The notes below the pieces were generated by a model, which made no database searches, was not told the origin of the DNA, and saw only the letters and a list, made by a program, of their open reading frames with translations. From Gemmatimonadales bacterium (GTDB lineage: Bacteria; Gemmatimonadota; Gemmatimonadetes; Gemmatimonadales; GWC2-71-9), in the NCBI GenBank assembly GCA_035464955.1, contig DATHRW010000428.1, positions 1 through 33,651 on the forward strand: a stretch of DNA of 33,651 nucleotides, in the 5' to 3' direction. Position numbers and translations under genes: made by a program. This document shows positions 19,271 to 28,452 of the stretch, one piece after another (the stretch's first letter is position 1; every line of letters starts with the position of its first letter).

Positions 19271-20569
19271 ATGTCATTTCAGGCCCTGCCGGGCTTTCGC
19301 GATTTTTACCCCGATGCCATGGCCCTGCGCTCTCACATCTTCGCCACCTGGCGGAGGGTGGCGGCGAGCTATGGGTTCGAAGAGTTCGACGGCCCGCCCT
19401 TGGAGCCGCTCGATCTGTTCACGGCCAAGAGCGGCCAGGAAATTGTCGATCAGCTCTACGCCTTCGAGGACAAGGGCGGGAGGACCGTCGCACTCCGTCC
19501 CGAGATGACGCCCACCCTGGCCCGGATGGTAGGTGCGCGCGGGAACGCCCTCAAGAAGCCGATCCGATGGTTTGCGATTTCCCAGCTGTTCCGCTACGAG
19601 CGCCAGCAGCGCGGCCGGCTCCGCGAGCATTTTCAGCTCAACTGCGACATCCTCGGTGAGGCGGGCCCCGTTGCCGATGCGGAGATCATCGCGCTTGCGC
19701 TCGATGCCATGCGGGCGTTCGGCCTGACGCCGGCCGACGTCCGGGCCCGCATCTCGGATCGTCGAGTGCTCGAGGCCTTGCTCCGCGGTGCAGGCATTGC
19801 CGACGACCGGATGCCCGCCGCGTTTCAGGCGATCGACAAGGTCGAACGGATGAGCCGCCCGCGCCTGACCGCGATGCTGACGGAGCACGGGCATGCGCCG
19901 AATGACATCGACGCCATCTTTCGGGTAGCAGAGATTCGTACGTGGGATGCGCTGGCGGAGGCGTTGGACCGTGTTCCGGGTGGCGAGGACGTGGGTGGCC
20001 CGCTCCGCACGGTCATGGAGGCCCTGGAAGCCATGGGGCTTGGCTCGTTTGTGGACCTGGACCTGTCGATCGTGCGAGGGCTCGACTACTACACCGGTAT
20101 CGTCTTTGAATTATTCGATGCGGAGAAGACCTTCCGGGCCATTTGCGGAGGCGGCCGCTACGACACCTTGCTGAAGTCACTGGGCGGCACCGACCTTCCC
20201 GCACTCGGGTTCGGCATGGGCGACGTCGTGCTCGGAGACCTCTTGGCTGACCGTGGCTTGGTGCCGCCGCCCAGCCCCAGCATCGAGGTGTTCGTCGCCG
20301 GGGCGACTGATGAAGACCTGTCGGATCTCCTCGGGTTGGTCCACGCGTTCCGTGACCGTGGTATCCGAGTCGAATACAGCTTCAGGGGCTCGAGCCTCGG
20401 CAAGCAGCTCGGCCTCGCGGCATCACGGGGGGCGAGATTCGCGGTAGTCATCGGGCCGGATGACCGGGCACGGGGCGAAGTCGTAATCAAGACCCTGACG
20501 GACGGCTCCCAGCGCTCGGTAGCTCGTGCCGCCGCGGTGGACGAACTTGCCAGCCTGCTCGCCGGATGA
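19271..20569 (+). CDS. hisS: Histidine--tRNA ligase
   Basis: 432 aa. It has the LPGFRDFYP N-terminus, class II motifs (FRYERQQRGRLREHFQLNCDI, GGGRYD) and a C-terminal anticodon-binding domain. Confidence 0.93.
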   Translation: MSFQALPGFRDFYPDAMALRSHIFATWRRVAASYGFEEFDGPPLEPLDLFTAKSGQEIVDQLYAFEDKGGRTVALRPEMTPTLARMVGARGNALKKPIRWFAISQLFRYERQQRGRLREHFQLNCDILGEAGPVADAEIIALALDAMRAFGLTPADVRARISDRRVLEALLRGAGIADDRMPAAFQAIDKVERMSRPRLTAMLTEHGHAPNDIDAIFRVAEIRTWDALAEALDRVPGGEDVGGPLRTVMEALEAMGLGSFVDLDLSIVRGLDYYTGIVFELFDAEKTFRAICGGGRYDTLLKSLGGTDLPALGFGMGDVVLGDLLADRGLVPPPSPSIEVFVAGATDEDLSDLLGLVHAFRDRGIRVEYSFRGSSLGKQLGLAASRGARFAVVIGPDDRARGEVVIKTLTDGSQRSVARAAAVDELASLLAG

Positions 20570-20629
20570 GCACTTGCCGACCGAAGCCGGGCCTCGCCAC
20601 ATCACCTCTTTCGTGGATCTGATGCGTTC

Positions 20630-22075
20630 ATGGCAGACGACAAAGGACTGACGCCGCGCGCGCAAGATTTCAGCGCCTGGTACACCGACGTGATCGCCCG
20701 CGCCGAGCTGGCGGACTACAGCCCCGTGCGAGGATGCATGGTCATCCGGCCGGCCGGGTATGCCATCTGGGAGCACATGCAGGCGGCCTTGGACGGGATG
20801 TTCAAGGCGACGGGTCATCTCAACGCCTATTTCCCGCTGTTCATTCCCCAGAGCTTTCTGGCGAAGGAAGCGGAGCACGTCGAAGGCTTCGCGCCCGAAA
20901 CGGCAGTCGTGACCCGCGGCGGCGGCAAGGAACTGGAGGAGCCGTTGGTCGTACGGCCGACCTCCGAGACGATCATCTACGCGAGCTTTGCCAAGTGGAT
21001 CCAGAGCTGGCGCGATCTCCCCGTGCTGATCAACCAGTGGTGCAACGTGGTGCGCTGGGAAATGCGGACCCGGCTGTTCCTCCGAACGACCGAGTTTCTC
21101 TGGCAGGAGGGTCATACCGCCCACGCCACCGCCGACGAGGCGGAGGCGGAGGCGCGCCAAATGCTGGGCGTCTACCGGACGTTCATGGAAGACTGGATGG
21201 CCATGCCGGTCGTCACCGGCCTCAAGACCGACAGCGAGCGCTTTGCCGGTGCGGTGCGGACCTACGCCTGCGAAGGCCTGATGCAGGACAACAAGGCGCT
21301 CCAGGCGGCGACGAGCCACTACCTGGGTCAGAACTTTGCCCGGGCCTTCGACGTGCAATTCCAGACGGCCGACGGCGGGCTGGATTACGTGTGGAGCACG
21401 TCGTGGGGCGCATCGACCAGGATGATCGGCGCCCTCATCATGACCCACGGTGACGACGCCGGACTCGTCGCGCCGCCGCGCCTGGCCCAGTACCAGGTTG
21501 TCATTGTTCCGATCTATCGCAAGGACGAGGAGCGGGTGGCGGTGCTGGAAGTCGCGGGGCGGCTCCGTGAGACCCTCGTGGGTGGAGGCATTCGGGTCCA
21601 CCTCGACGCCCGAGACGGCATGAAACCGGGCGCCAAGTACTATGAATGGGAAGGGAAGGGCGTCCCGCTCCGCGTGGAGATCGGCCCGCGGGACGTGGCC
21701 GCCGGCTCGGTCATGCTCGCTCGTCGCACCGGCGGCAAGGACCCGGTGCCGCAGGATGGCCTGGTGGAGCGCATCGGTGCCGAGTTGCAGACGATTCAGG
21801 ACACCCTGCTCGAGGCGGCGCGGTCGCGGCGTGAAGCGAACAGCCTGCGCAGTCCGACCAAGGATCAGTTCATCGCCTTCCTCGAAGCGACCGGGGGGTT
21901 CGTCTACGCCGGTTGGTGTGGGTCGGAGGATTGCGAACAGGCGGTCAAGGACGCGACCAAGGCCACCATCCGGGTCCTTCCGGATGAGGAGTTCCGCTCG
22001 CCGGTCCCGCCGGACCGTTGCGTCTGGTGCGGGATGCGGAGCACGGTCGAGGCGATGTGGGCCAGGGCGTATTGA
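20630..22075 (+). CDS. proS: Proline--tRNA ligase, short archaeal/eukaryote-like architecture
   Basis: 481 aa. It has the FSAWYTDVI...[22 protein letters not shown]-terminus. I see no insertion-sized editing domain between motifs 2 and 3. The C-terminal Cys-containing domain ends in ...WARAY. Confidence 0.9.
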   Translation: MADDKGLTPRAQDFSAWYTDVIARAELADYSPVRGCMVIRPAGYAIWEHMQAALDGMFKATGHLNAYFPLFIPQSFLAKEAEHVEGFAPETAVVTRGGGKELEEPLVVRPTSETIIYASFAKWIQSWRDLPVLINQWCNVVRWEMRTRLFLRTTEFLWQEGHTAHATADEAEAEARQMLGVYRTFMEDWMAMPVVTGLKTDSERFAGAVRTYACEGLMQDNKALQAATSHYLGQNFARAFDVQFQTADGGLDYVWSTSWGASTRMIGALIMTHGDDAGLVAPPRLAQYQVVIVPIYRKDEERVAVLEVAGRLRETLVGGGIRVHLDARDGMKPGAKYYEWEGKGVPLRVEIGPRDVAAGSVMLARRTGGKDPVPQDGLVERIGAELQTIQDTLLEAARSRREANSLRSPTKDQFIAFLEATGGFVYAGWCGSEDCEQAVKDATKATIRVLPDEEFRSPVPPDRCVWCGMRSTVEAMWARAY

Positions 22076-23391
22076 TGGGCCGGACGGAGGCGGTGGCTTC
22101 CGTGGTCGACGAGGGTGCCTTGATGGCAGCGGCCGGACTGTCTCGGCCGGACGGCACCCTCCTCATGGGAGGCGTGTCCCTTACCCAAATCGCGGAGACG
22201 GTCGGGACTCCCGCGTACGTCTACAATGCCGAGGCGATCCGCGAGCGCTACCGGCAACTGACCGATGCCTTTCACGGGGTTCCGCACCGGATATGCTACG
22301 CCGTCAAAGCCAATAGCTCGCTGGCTGTCCTCGGACTCATCCGCGAGTTGGGAGCCGGAGCCGACCTGGTGTCGGCGGGCGAGATGCACCGGGCCCTCGC
22401 TGCCGGATTCTCTTCAGAAAGTCTGGTATTCAGCGGCGTCGGGAAGACCCGGCTCGAGCTTCGCCAGGCCATCGAGGCAGGGGTTGGCCAGATCAATGTC
22501 GAATCCCAGGAAGAACTCGTTCGCCTTGGGCGTATCGCCGAAGAGTTGGGACGGCCCGTCTCGCTGGGCCTTCGGGTGAATCCTGACATCGCCACGGCCA
22601 CCCACCCTTACATCGCAACGGGCGACTCGGGTGCGAAGTTCGGGATTCCCCAAGGGCAAGTTCCGGCTGCCGGGGACTACATCAATCGCCACCCCCAGCT
22701 CACCCTCTCCTGCCTCGCCATGCATCTCGGCAGCCAGTTGGTCGAGGTAGCACCCTACGTGCGCGGCGTAACGACCCTTCTCGAACTGAACGATGCACTT
22801 CGCCGGGATGGGATCGATTCGGTAGCCGTGCTCGACATTGGCGGTGGGTTCGGAATTCCGTACGATGGTGGACCGGGCATCGACATTCGGGCCGTGGGTG
22901 AGGCATTGCAGGCGCTGCTCGCTCACACCGGGTTCGAGGTCATGATCGAACCCGGACGATTCCTGGTCGGCAACGCGGGCGTGCTCCTGGCTGAGGTGCA
23001 ATATCGCAAGCGGGTGGGCAGCAAGACGTTCCTCGTGCTCGACAGTGGAATGAACGACCTGCTTCGTCCGGCTCTCTATCGGGCCTACCACCATGTGATC
23101 GAGCTCGAAGCCCATGCGCGAGCAGCGGAAGACGTGGACGTCGTCGGACCCGCCTGCGAGACCGGAGATTTCCTGGCGCTCGGCCGACGCTTGCCCGTGA
23201 TTGAGGCGGGGGAACGCCTTGCGGTACTCGGGACCGGCGCCTACGGCTTCGTCATGAGTTCGAACTACAACACGAGACCGAGGGCCGCCGAGGTGCTGGT
23301 GGATGGTGACCGGTTCGGGATCGCTCGGCAACGGGAGTCGGTGGCCGACCTACTCCGTGGCGAGACCGTCGCTCCACTATCGCCGGCATGA
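22075..23391 (+). CDS. lysA: Diaminopimelate decarboxylase
   Basis: An internal ATG at 22075 overlaps the proS stop (TGATG). It has TPAYVYN, the PLP-lysine motif [18 protein letters not shown] and GPACETGD. The start could be a later Met. Confidence 0.88.
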   Translation: MGRTEAVASVVDEGALMAAAGLSRPDGTLLMGGVSLTQIAETVGTPAYVYNAEAIRERYRQLTDAFHGVPHRICYAVKANSSLAVLGLIRELGAGADLVSAGEMHRALAAGFSSESLVFSGVGKTRLELRQAIEAGVGQINVESQEELVRLGRIAEELGRPVSLGLRVNPDIATATHPYIATGDSGAKFGIPQGQVPAAGDYINRHPQLTLSCLAMHLGSQLVEVAPYVRGVTTLLELNDALRRDGIDSVAVLDIGGGFGIPYDGGPGIDIRAVGEALQALLAHTGFEVMIEPGRFLVGNAGVLLAEVQYRKRVGSKTFLVLDSGMNDLLRPALYRAYHHVIELEAHARAAEDVDVVGPACETGDFLALGRRLPVIEAGERLAVLGTGAYGFVMSSNYNTRPRAAEVLVDGDRFGIARQRESVADLLRGETVAPLSPA

Positions 23392-23419
23392 CCACTCAGC
23401 CCCAACGAGCACCATAACC

Positions 23420-24976
23420 ATGAGTCTGCGCCACAACGGCATTCTGATCATCGACTTCGGAGCCCAGTATACCCAGCTGATCGCGCGCCGCGTACGCGAA
23501 GCCCACGTCTACTCGGAGATTCATCCTCCGACCCACGACATCGCGTGGATCCGCGAGTGGAACCCCAAAGGCATCATCCTCTCGGGCGGGCCGAGCTCCG
23601 TGTACGGCGAGAATGTCCCCACGGCGGATCCGGCGTTGCTCGACCTGGGAATCCCAGTGCTCGGCATTTGCTACGGCATGCAGTTGATGGCGCATTTGGC
23701 GGGAGGGAAGGTCATCCGGGCGAGTCGGCGCGAGTACGGTCGCGCGACGGTGCGGGTGTGCGGCGAGCGGCTGTTCCGAGGCTTCGATGAAGGCGAGGAC
23801 ACGCTGGTATGGATGAGCCACGGGGACCATGTCGACACGCCACCGCCAGGCTTCCGCGTGACCGCCTCGAGCGAGAATTCGCCGGTGGCGGCCTTCGAGC
23901 ACGCCGACCGGCCCCTGTTCGGCGTGCAGTTCCATCCGGAGGTGGCCCACACGCCGCGCGGCGGGGAGATGCTGGAGAACTTCCTGTTCGACATCTGCGG
24001 CTGTGAGCCCGACTGGACTCCGGGGCATTTCATTGACCTCGAGGTGGAGCGGGTGCGTCAGGTCGTGGGCCCCAATGATCGAGTCATCTGCGGCTTGTCG
24101 GGTGGCGTCGACTCCTCGGTGGCCGCGGTCTTGGTGCATCGCGCAGTCGGCGACCGCCTCACCTGCATCTTCGTGGATCACGGCCTGCTCAGGCTCCATG
24201 AACGAGAACAGGTTATCGATACCTTCCGGCGGCATCAGGGGATCGATCTTCGCGTGGTCGATGCGGTGGATGTCTTTCTCGAGCGGCTGAGCGGCGTCGC
24301 TGACCCGGAAGAAAAGCGCAAGCAGATCGGCTACACGTTCATCGAGTTTTTCGAGCGGGAGGCGCGGGAGGTCGGCTCGGATGTCAGCTATCTGGTGCAG
24401 GGCACCCTCTACCCTGACGTCATCGAGTCGCTCTCGCCGCTCGGCGGGCCCTCCGCCACCATCAAGACGCACCACAACGTGGGAGGCCTGCCCGACCGGC
24501 TCCCGTTCAAGCTGATCGAGCCGCTCAGGGAGCTGTTCAAGGACGAGGTCCGACAGGTCGGGCGCGAGCTGGGGCTGCCGCAGGAACTGGTGGGACGGCA
24601 TCCGTTCCCCGGCCCGGGCCTGGCCATCCGCATTCTCGGCCCGGTGGTGTCCGAGGACCTCGAGGTGCTCCGCCGGGCGGACCACATCTACCTCGAGGAG
24701 ATTCGCGCCGCGGGGCTGTACGACGATATCTGGCAAGCGTTCGCGGTGCTGCTCCCCATTCGGACCGTCGGGGTTCAAGGCGATGAGCGGAGCTACGATC
24801 GCGTCATCGGGCTTCGCGCCGTCACCAGCCGGGACGGCATGACCGCCGATTGGTTCCCGTTTCCGCCGGAGGTGCTGGCCCGCATCTCCAACCGCATCGC
24901 GAACGAGGTTGACGGGGTGAACCGCGTGGTCTACGATGTGAGCTCGAAGCCGCCGGCGACGATCGAATGGGAGTGA
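23420..24976 (+). CDS. guaA: GMP synthase (glutamine-hydrolysing)
   Basis: ATG at 23420, 518 aa. The GATase domain has [27 protein letters not shown] and QFHPEV. It also has the ATP-PPase P-loop [12 protein letters not shown] and the C-terminal [14 protein letters not shown]. Confidence 0.95.
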   Translation: MSLRHNGILIIDFGAQYTQLIARRVREAHVYSEIHPPTHDIAWIREWNPKGIILSGGPSSVYGENVPTADPALLDLGIPVLGICYGMQLMAHLAGGKVIRASRREYGRATVRVCGERLFRGFDEGEDTLVWMSHGDHVDTPPPGFRVTASSENSPVAAFEHADRPLFGVQFHPEVAHTPRGGEMLENFLFDICGCEPDWTPGHFIDLEVERVRQVVGPNDRVICGLSGGVDSSVAAVLVHRAVGDRLTCIFVDHGLLRLHEREQVIDTFRRHQGIDLRVVDAVDVFLERLSGVADPEEKRKQIGYTFIEFFEREAREVGSDVSYLVQGTLYPDVIESLSPLGGPSATIKTHHNVGGLPDRLPFKLIEPLRELFKDEVRQVGRELGLPQELVGRHPFPGPGLAIRILGPVVSEDLEVLRRADHIYLEEIRAAGLYDDIWQAFAVLLPIRTVGVQGDERSYDRVIGLRAVTSRDGMTADWFPFPPEVLARISNRIANEVDGVNRVVYDVSSKPPATIEWE

Positions 24977-25020
24977 ACGGCAGGGAGTAGGGAGTGGGAT
25001 GGTAGGGAGTAGTGCAAGGA

Positions 25021-25056
25021 AACGGCGCCGGCAGCTCGAGAGCTGCCGGCGCCGTT
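25021..25056. terminator. Perfect 17-bp GC-rich inverted repeat between convergent guaA and the protease gene (likely bidirectional terminator)
   Basis: AACGGCGCCGGCAGCTC (25021-25037) is the exact reverse complement of GAGCTGCCGGCGCCGTT (25040-25056). It lies in the 117-nt gap between two convergent stop codons. Confidence 0.6.
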
Positions 25057-25093
25057 CCGTTTCCTACTCTCCTACCCTCCTACATCCTGCATC

Positions 25094-26065
25094 TTAGTTC
25101 GGCCACGACGCCCAGTTTCCACAGTAGGCAGCATTGTCGGTGCCCAACGGCCCGCGGAGGATTCCGAGGATAAAGGCATTCATCGCGGCCCGGGGCGCCA
25201 CGATCAACTTGCCGGCGCTCAGGTTGACCGAAACCTTGCCGAAATGGCCCAGCTCGAGCGCGTGACCGTTTTCGTGGAAGGCGACGGTCTCGATGTCGAT
25301 ATCCGTGGTATTGGTGGTCGTCCACACGAACTTGTTGTTGTACCAGACTTCCTTGAGGGCGGTATCCGTCCGGCCGTTGCTGTCGATGTCGGACGGCGTG
25401 AAGTTGCCCTGGCCGTCGAACGAGCCGAAGATGAATGTCCACGTGACCCCCAAGATGCCATCACTCGCCCCGGGGCCGAAGAAGTCGTCGAAGACGACTC
25501 CGGGGATGAACCCGAGAGTGTATATGTCGGCGGCGAATGGATCGCCGTTGACCGGGAAGAAAAGGGCGCTGTTGAAGAGCCCATTATCCGGGCGCTTCAT
25601 CAGATTCAGTTTCGAGCAGGTAACGTTCTCCCACGTGTTGAAGGACGCGTCAATCGACGGTTCGGAGTTGCCCGCACCGTTGGCGGTCGCAAAACTCTGA
25701 TCGTTCATGTAGGTGATGTTGTTGCCATCGGCTGCCCGCCGGGCATCTCCCGGGACCCACTTGGAGGAGAGCCGAAGGTTCCGGTCGAAGGCGAAGATGA
25801 TCTGGGCCTGGTCAACCGATGCGTTGGGGCCGAGGGAGATTTCGGCCATCTCGACCGCATAACCCGCGCCTGCTGCCGCGAGTCCGGCATTGATCTCCTG
25901 TAGCTTGGCACTCACCTCGTCTCCGGTCGCCTTACCGCCCTTGGCGAACGCCGGACCCTGGATCTCGGACCGTGAGGTCGTCGGCGCTGTCGGTTCGGAG
26001 GCACAGGCGGTAATGGCAACAGCGGCAGCAAGAGCGGCAAGCAGGGAATAGTTACGCTTCATCAT
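25094..26065 (-). CDS. Secreted metzincin-like zinc metalloprotease, probable lipoprotein
   Basis: The start is assigned to ATGATG at 26065, with GAGG about 7 nt upstream. The signal peptide has a lipobox-like AITAC (MMKRNYSLLAALAAAVAITACAS). The zinc motif is HENGHALELGH (HExxHxxxxxH), followed by a Met-containing turn (PRAAMNAF). 323 aa. Confidence 0.75.
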   Translation of the reverse strand: MMKRNYSLLAALAAAVAITACASEPTAPTTSRSEIQGPAFAKGGKATGDEVSAKLQEINAGLAAAGAGYAVEMAEISLGPNASVDQAQIIFAFDRNLRLSSKWVPGDARRAADGNNITYMNDQSFATANGAGNSEPSIDASFNTWENVTCSKLNLMKRPDNGLFNSALFFPVNGDPFAADIYTLGFIPGVVFDDFFGPGASDGILGVTWTFIFGSFDGQGNFTPSDIDSNGRTDTALKEVWYNNKFVWTTTNTTDIDIETVAFHENGHALELGHFGKVSVNLSAGKLIVAPRAAMNAFILGILRGPLGTDNAAYCGNWASWPN

Positions 26066-26164
26066 GGGCAACCTCGAGTTGGCTTGGTTGGAGCTATGAC
26101 GTTCGAGGGGACAAAACATAGTACCACTTCCCGGGGCCGGTTCGCTAGAGGGCTTCTTTGTATC

Positions 26165-26617
26165 TCACACGCCCTTTTGTTCCATCAAGCCGTAGAGCTC
26201 CGCCAGGTCGGTGAGCGATGCGAGTCGACCGGGCACGTCACCCTTGCGCACGAACCGGGCAACCTGTGCAAGCACGGTCAAGTAGAGGTTCGACACCTCG
26301 ACCGGAGGGGCCGCGATCAAGAAAAGAGCATGGACCGGCTCGCCATCCATCGCGTCGTATGCAACTCCTTGCGCATGCCGCCCGAAAGCCAGCCGTACCC
26401 GATCGAAAACAGGAGATCGGCAGTGAGGAATGGCGATACCTTGACCCACGCCGGTCGATCCCTCCGCTTCGCGCTCGCGTACCAGATTCGTGATCGTCTC
26501 GCAGTCTTCCGGAGACAGGCCAAGGAGTGCTACCATCTCCGCCAGGACCTCGTGCTTGGTCCCGCCGCGGAGGTCGAGGTCGATGGATGTGGGGGAAATG
26601 AGGTCCCGGAGGCGCAT
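26165..26617 (-). CDS. ptsN: PTS EIIA type-2 domain protein (PtsN / EIIA-Ntr-like)
   Basis: The start is assigned to the ATG at 26617 (MRLRDLISPTSIDLDL...), 150 aa. It has the phosphorylatable-His motif GIAIPH and typical EIIA-2 length. The ORF-track extension to 26713 overlaps the dusB start region. Confidence 0.8.
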   Translation of the reverse strand: MRLRDLISPTSIDLDLRGGTKHEVLAEMVALLGLSPEDCETITNLVREREAEGSTGVGQGIAIPHCRSPVFDRVRLAFGRHAQGVAYDAMDGEPVHALFLIAAPPVEVSNLYLTVLAQVARFVRKGDVPGRLASLTDLAELYGLMEQKGV

Positions 26618-26698
26618 GCGGTGGAGGCTACTGTGCCCGCGGCGGCATGTCAAACGGAGTTGCTTGATCCATCCCCTTGAGAGCCATAGGTTTATAAG

Positions 26699-27682
26699 AT
26701 GACCTTGCCGCATTTCTCAGGCACTGAGTTTCCTCTGATCCTGGCGCCGATGGCTGGGGTCTCCGAGGCGCCGTTCCGGCAGATCTGTCGGCGGCTCGGA
26801 GCCGACGTCGTCATGTCGGAGTTCCTGTCGTCCGAGGCCATCCGTCGACGGATCAAGACCACGCTCGAGGGAGCGGAATTCGAGGAATGCGAGCGCCCGA
26901 TCGGGATCCAGATCTATGGCGCCGATGCCCGAGCCATGGCCGAGGCCACGGCGCTCATCACGGAGCACTACCACCCCGAGTTCATCGACATCAACTTCGG
27001 CTGCCCGGTCAAGAAGGTCGTGAAGCGGAACGGCGGGTCCGGGTGCCTTCGGGACTTGGACAATGTCGACCAGATCATCCGGGCCTGCGTCACGGCCACC
27101 CATCTCCCCGTCACCGTCAAGACCCGGAGCGGGTGGGACGAGCCCGGCCGCGATCCAGTCGGCATTGCGCGCAGGATGCAGGACGCTGGGGCGCGTGCGT
27201 TCACGCTGCATGCCAGAACACGGACCCAGATGTTTGGCGGTAAGGCCGACTGGGATGAGATCGCCCGGGTGACCGAGGCTCTCGACATTCCCGTCTTCGG
27301 CAACGGGGACATCCAAACGGCCGAGGATATCGTCCGCATGCGGCGCCACACCGGGTGCGCCGGCGTCATGGTCGGCCGCGGCGCGTTTGGCAACCCCTGG
27401 CTGTTCGGTGCCGCCAAGGCCCTCTTGCTCGGCGAGGCCCCACCCGACGCTCCGGATGCGACGGAGCGCTTCTCCATAGCGCTGGAACACGCGAGGCTCG
27501 CACTCCGATTGCAGGGTGACACCCGGCGCACCATGATCGAATTCCGCAAGCACTTGGGCTGGTACACCAAGGGGCTGCCGCACGCGAGCGAACTCCGGAA
27601 GCGTCTTTTCCAGGTGGAGTCGATCACCGAGGCCGAGGGCATCTTCGGTGACTATCTCTGCCCCATGGCCCAGGTGGCGTGA
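26699..27682 (+). CDS. dusB: tRNA-dihydrouridine synthase
   Basis: 327 aa. It has LILAPMAGVSEAPFR, INFGCPVKKV and GNGDI motifs of the Dus TIM-barrel family, plus a C-terminal helical domain. Confidence 0.88.
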   Translation: MTLPHFSGTEFPLILAPMAGVSEAPFRQICRRLGADVVMSEFLSSEAIRRRIKTTLEGAEFEECERPIGIQIYGADARAMAEATALITEHYHPEFIDINFGCPVKKVVKRNGGSGCLRDLDNVDQIIRACVTATHLPVTVKTRSGWDEPGRDPVGIARRMQDAGARAFTLHARTRTQMFGGKADWDEIARVTEALDIPVFGNGDIQTAEDIVRMRRHTGCAGVMVGRGAFGNPWLFGAAKALLLGEAPPDAPDATERFSIALEHARLALRLQGDTRRTMIEFRKHLGWYTKGLPHASELRKRLFQVESITEAEGIFGDYLCPMAQVA

Positions 27683-28452
27683 CGCCCGAACTCCTGGAGT
27701 CACTCCTCTCGGATGTCGCCAGCGGGGCGCTCACCCCACGGGAAGCCCTGGAGCAGCTGAAGCACTTCCCCAGTGAGCCGTTCGACGTGGCCACCATCGA
27801 TCACCAACGCCACCTGCGGCTGGGCCAGCCCGAAGTCGTATTCTGTGAAGGCAAAAGCGTGGACCAGGCGGTCGAGATCTGCTGTCGGCTGGCGGCCGCT
27901 GCCGGGACGTTCCTCGGGACCAGGGCCTCGCCCGAATTGGCCGAACGGCTGGGTCGCGAATTCGCCGCCCTCGAATGGAACGCCCTTGGCCGCACGGTCT
28001 TCCTGCCGCCGTCGCCGCGCCTCGCTCCGTCTGGTCGGGGCACCATTCTGGTGGTCTCGGCTGGAACCAGCGACCTCCCAGTCGCGGAGGAAGCCGCCGC
28101 CGTGGCCGAGGCCCTGGGAAATCCGGTGGATCGCCTGGTCGACGTGGGCGTGGCGGGGCTTCATCGACTGCTCACTGCCTCCGAGCGCCTGCGCCATGCC
28201 GCGGTGGTCATCGTCGTTGCCGGAATGGAGGGCGCGTTGCCGAGTGTCGTGGGCGGGTTGATTGGCGTGCCGGTCATCGCCGTGCCGACCAGTGTCGGGT
28301 ACGGCGCCTCGTTGGGTGGCTGGGCGGCTCTCCTCGGGATGCTGAACTCGTGTGCCGCCGGAATAACCGTCGTCAACATCGATAACGGCTTCGGCGCCGC
28401 CGCCGCCGCCCATCGCATCAATCACCTCCCGCCGACAGAGTCGGTCCGATGA
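27679..28452 (+). CDS. larB: LarB-like pyridinium-3,5-biscarboxylic acid mononucleotide synthase (PurE-fold; NPN cofactor pathway)
   Basis: 257 aa with a GTGA overlap with dusB. The N-terminal helical region (LTPREALEQLKHFP) is followed by a PurE-like domain (ILVVSAGTSDLPVAEEA, VVAGMEGALPSVVGGL..VPVIAVPTSVGYG, NIDNGFGAA). This is the architecture of LarB/CpmA-type proteins. Confidence 0.75.
   Translation: MTPELLESLLSDVASGALTPREALEQLKHFPSEPFDVATIDHQRHLRLGQPEVVFCEGKSVDQAVEICCRLAAAAGTFLGTRASPELAERLGREFAALEWNALGRTVFLPPSPRLAPSGRGTILVVSAGTSDLPVAEEAAAVAEALGNPVDRLVDVGVAGLHRLLTASERLRHAAVVIVVAGMEGALPSVVGGLIGVPVIAVPTSVGYGASLGGWAALLGMLNSCAAGITVVNIDNGFGAAAAAHRINHLPPTESVR

Noticed and set aside
2158-23419. 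N-terminal extensions in the ORF track for cdsA (2158), dxr (3141), rpsO (5880), dut (10827), mreC (12297), mrdA (13671), folC (17693), lysA (22018) and guaA (23303).
   Set aside because: The extensions lie inside the preceding gene or in spacer sequence and lack family similarity. Internal starts give canonical N-termini and 1- to 4-nt coupling overlaps with the upstream stop.
26066-26164. A sigma-54-like -24/-12 element on the - strand upstream of the protease gene (TGGTACTATGTTTTGT), which is notable because ptsN is adjacent.
   Set aside because: The GG is present, but the -12 GC is not at the required spacing (TG instead of GC). This is too weak to call by eye.
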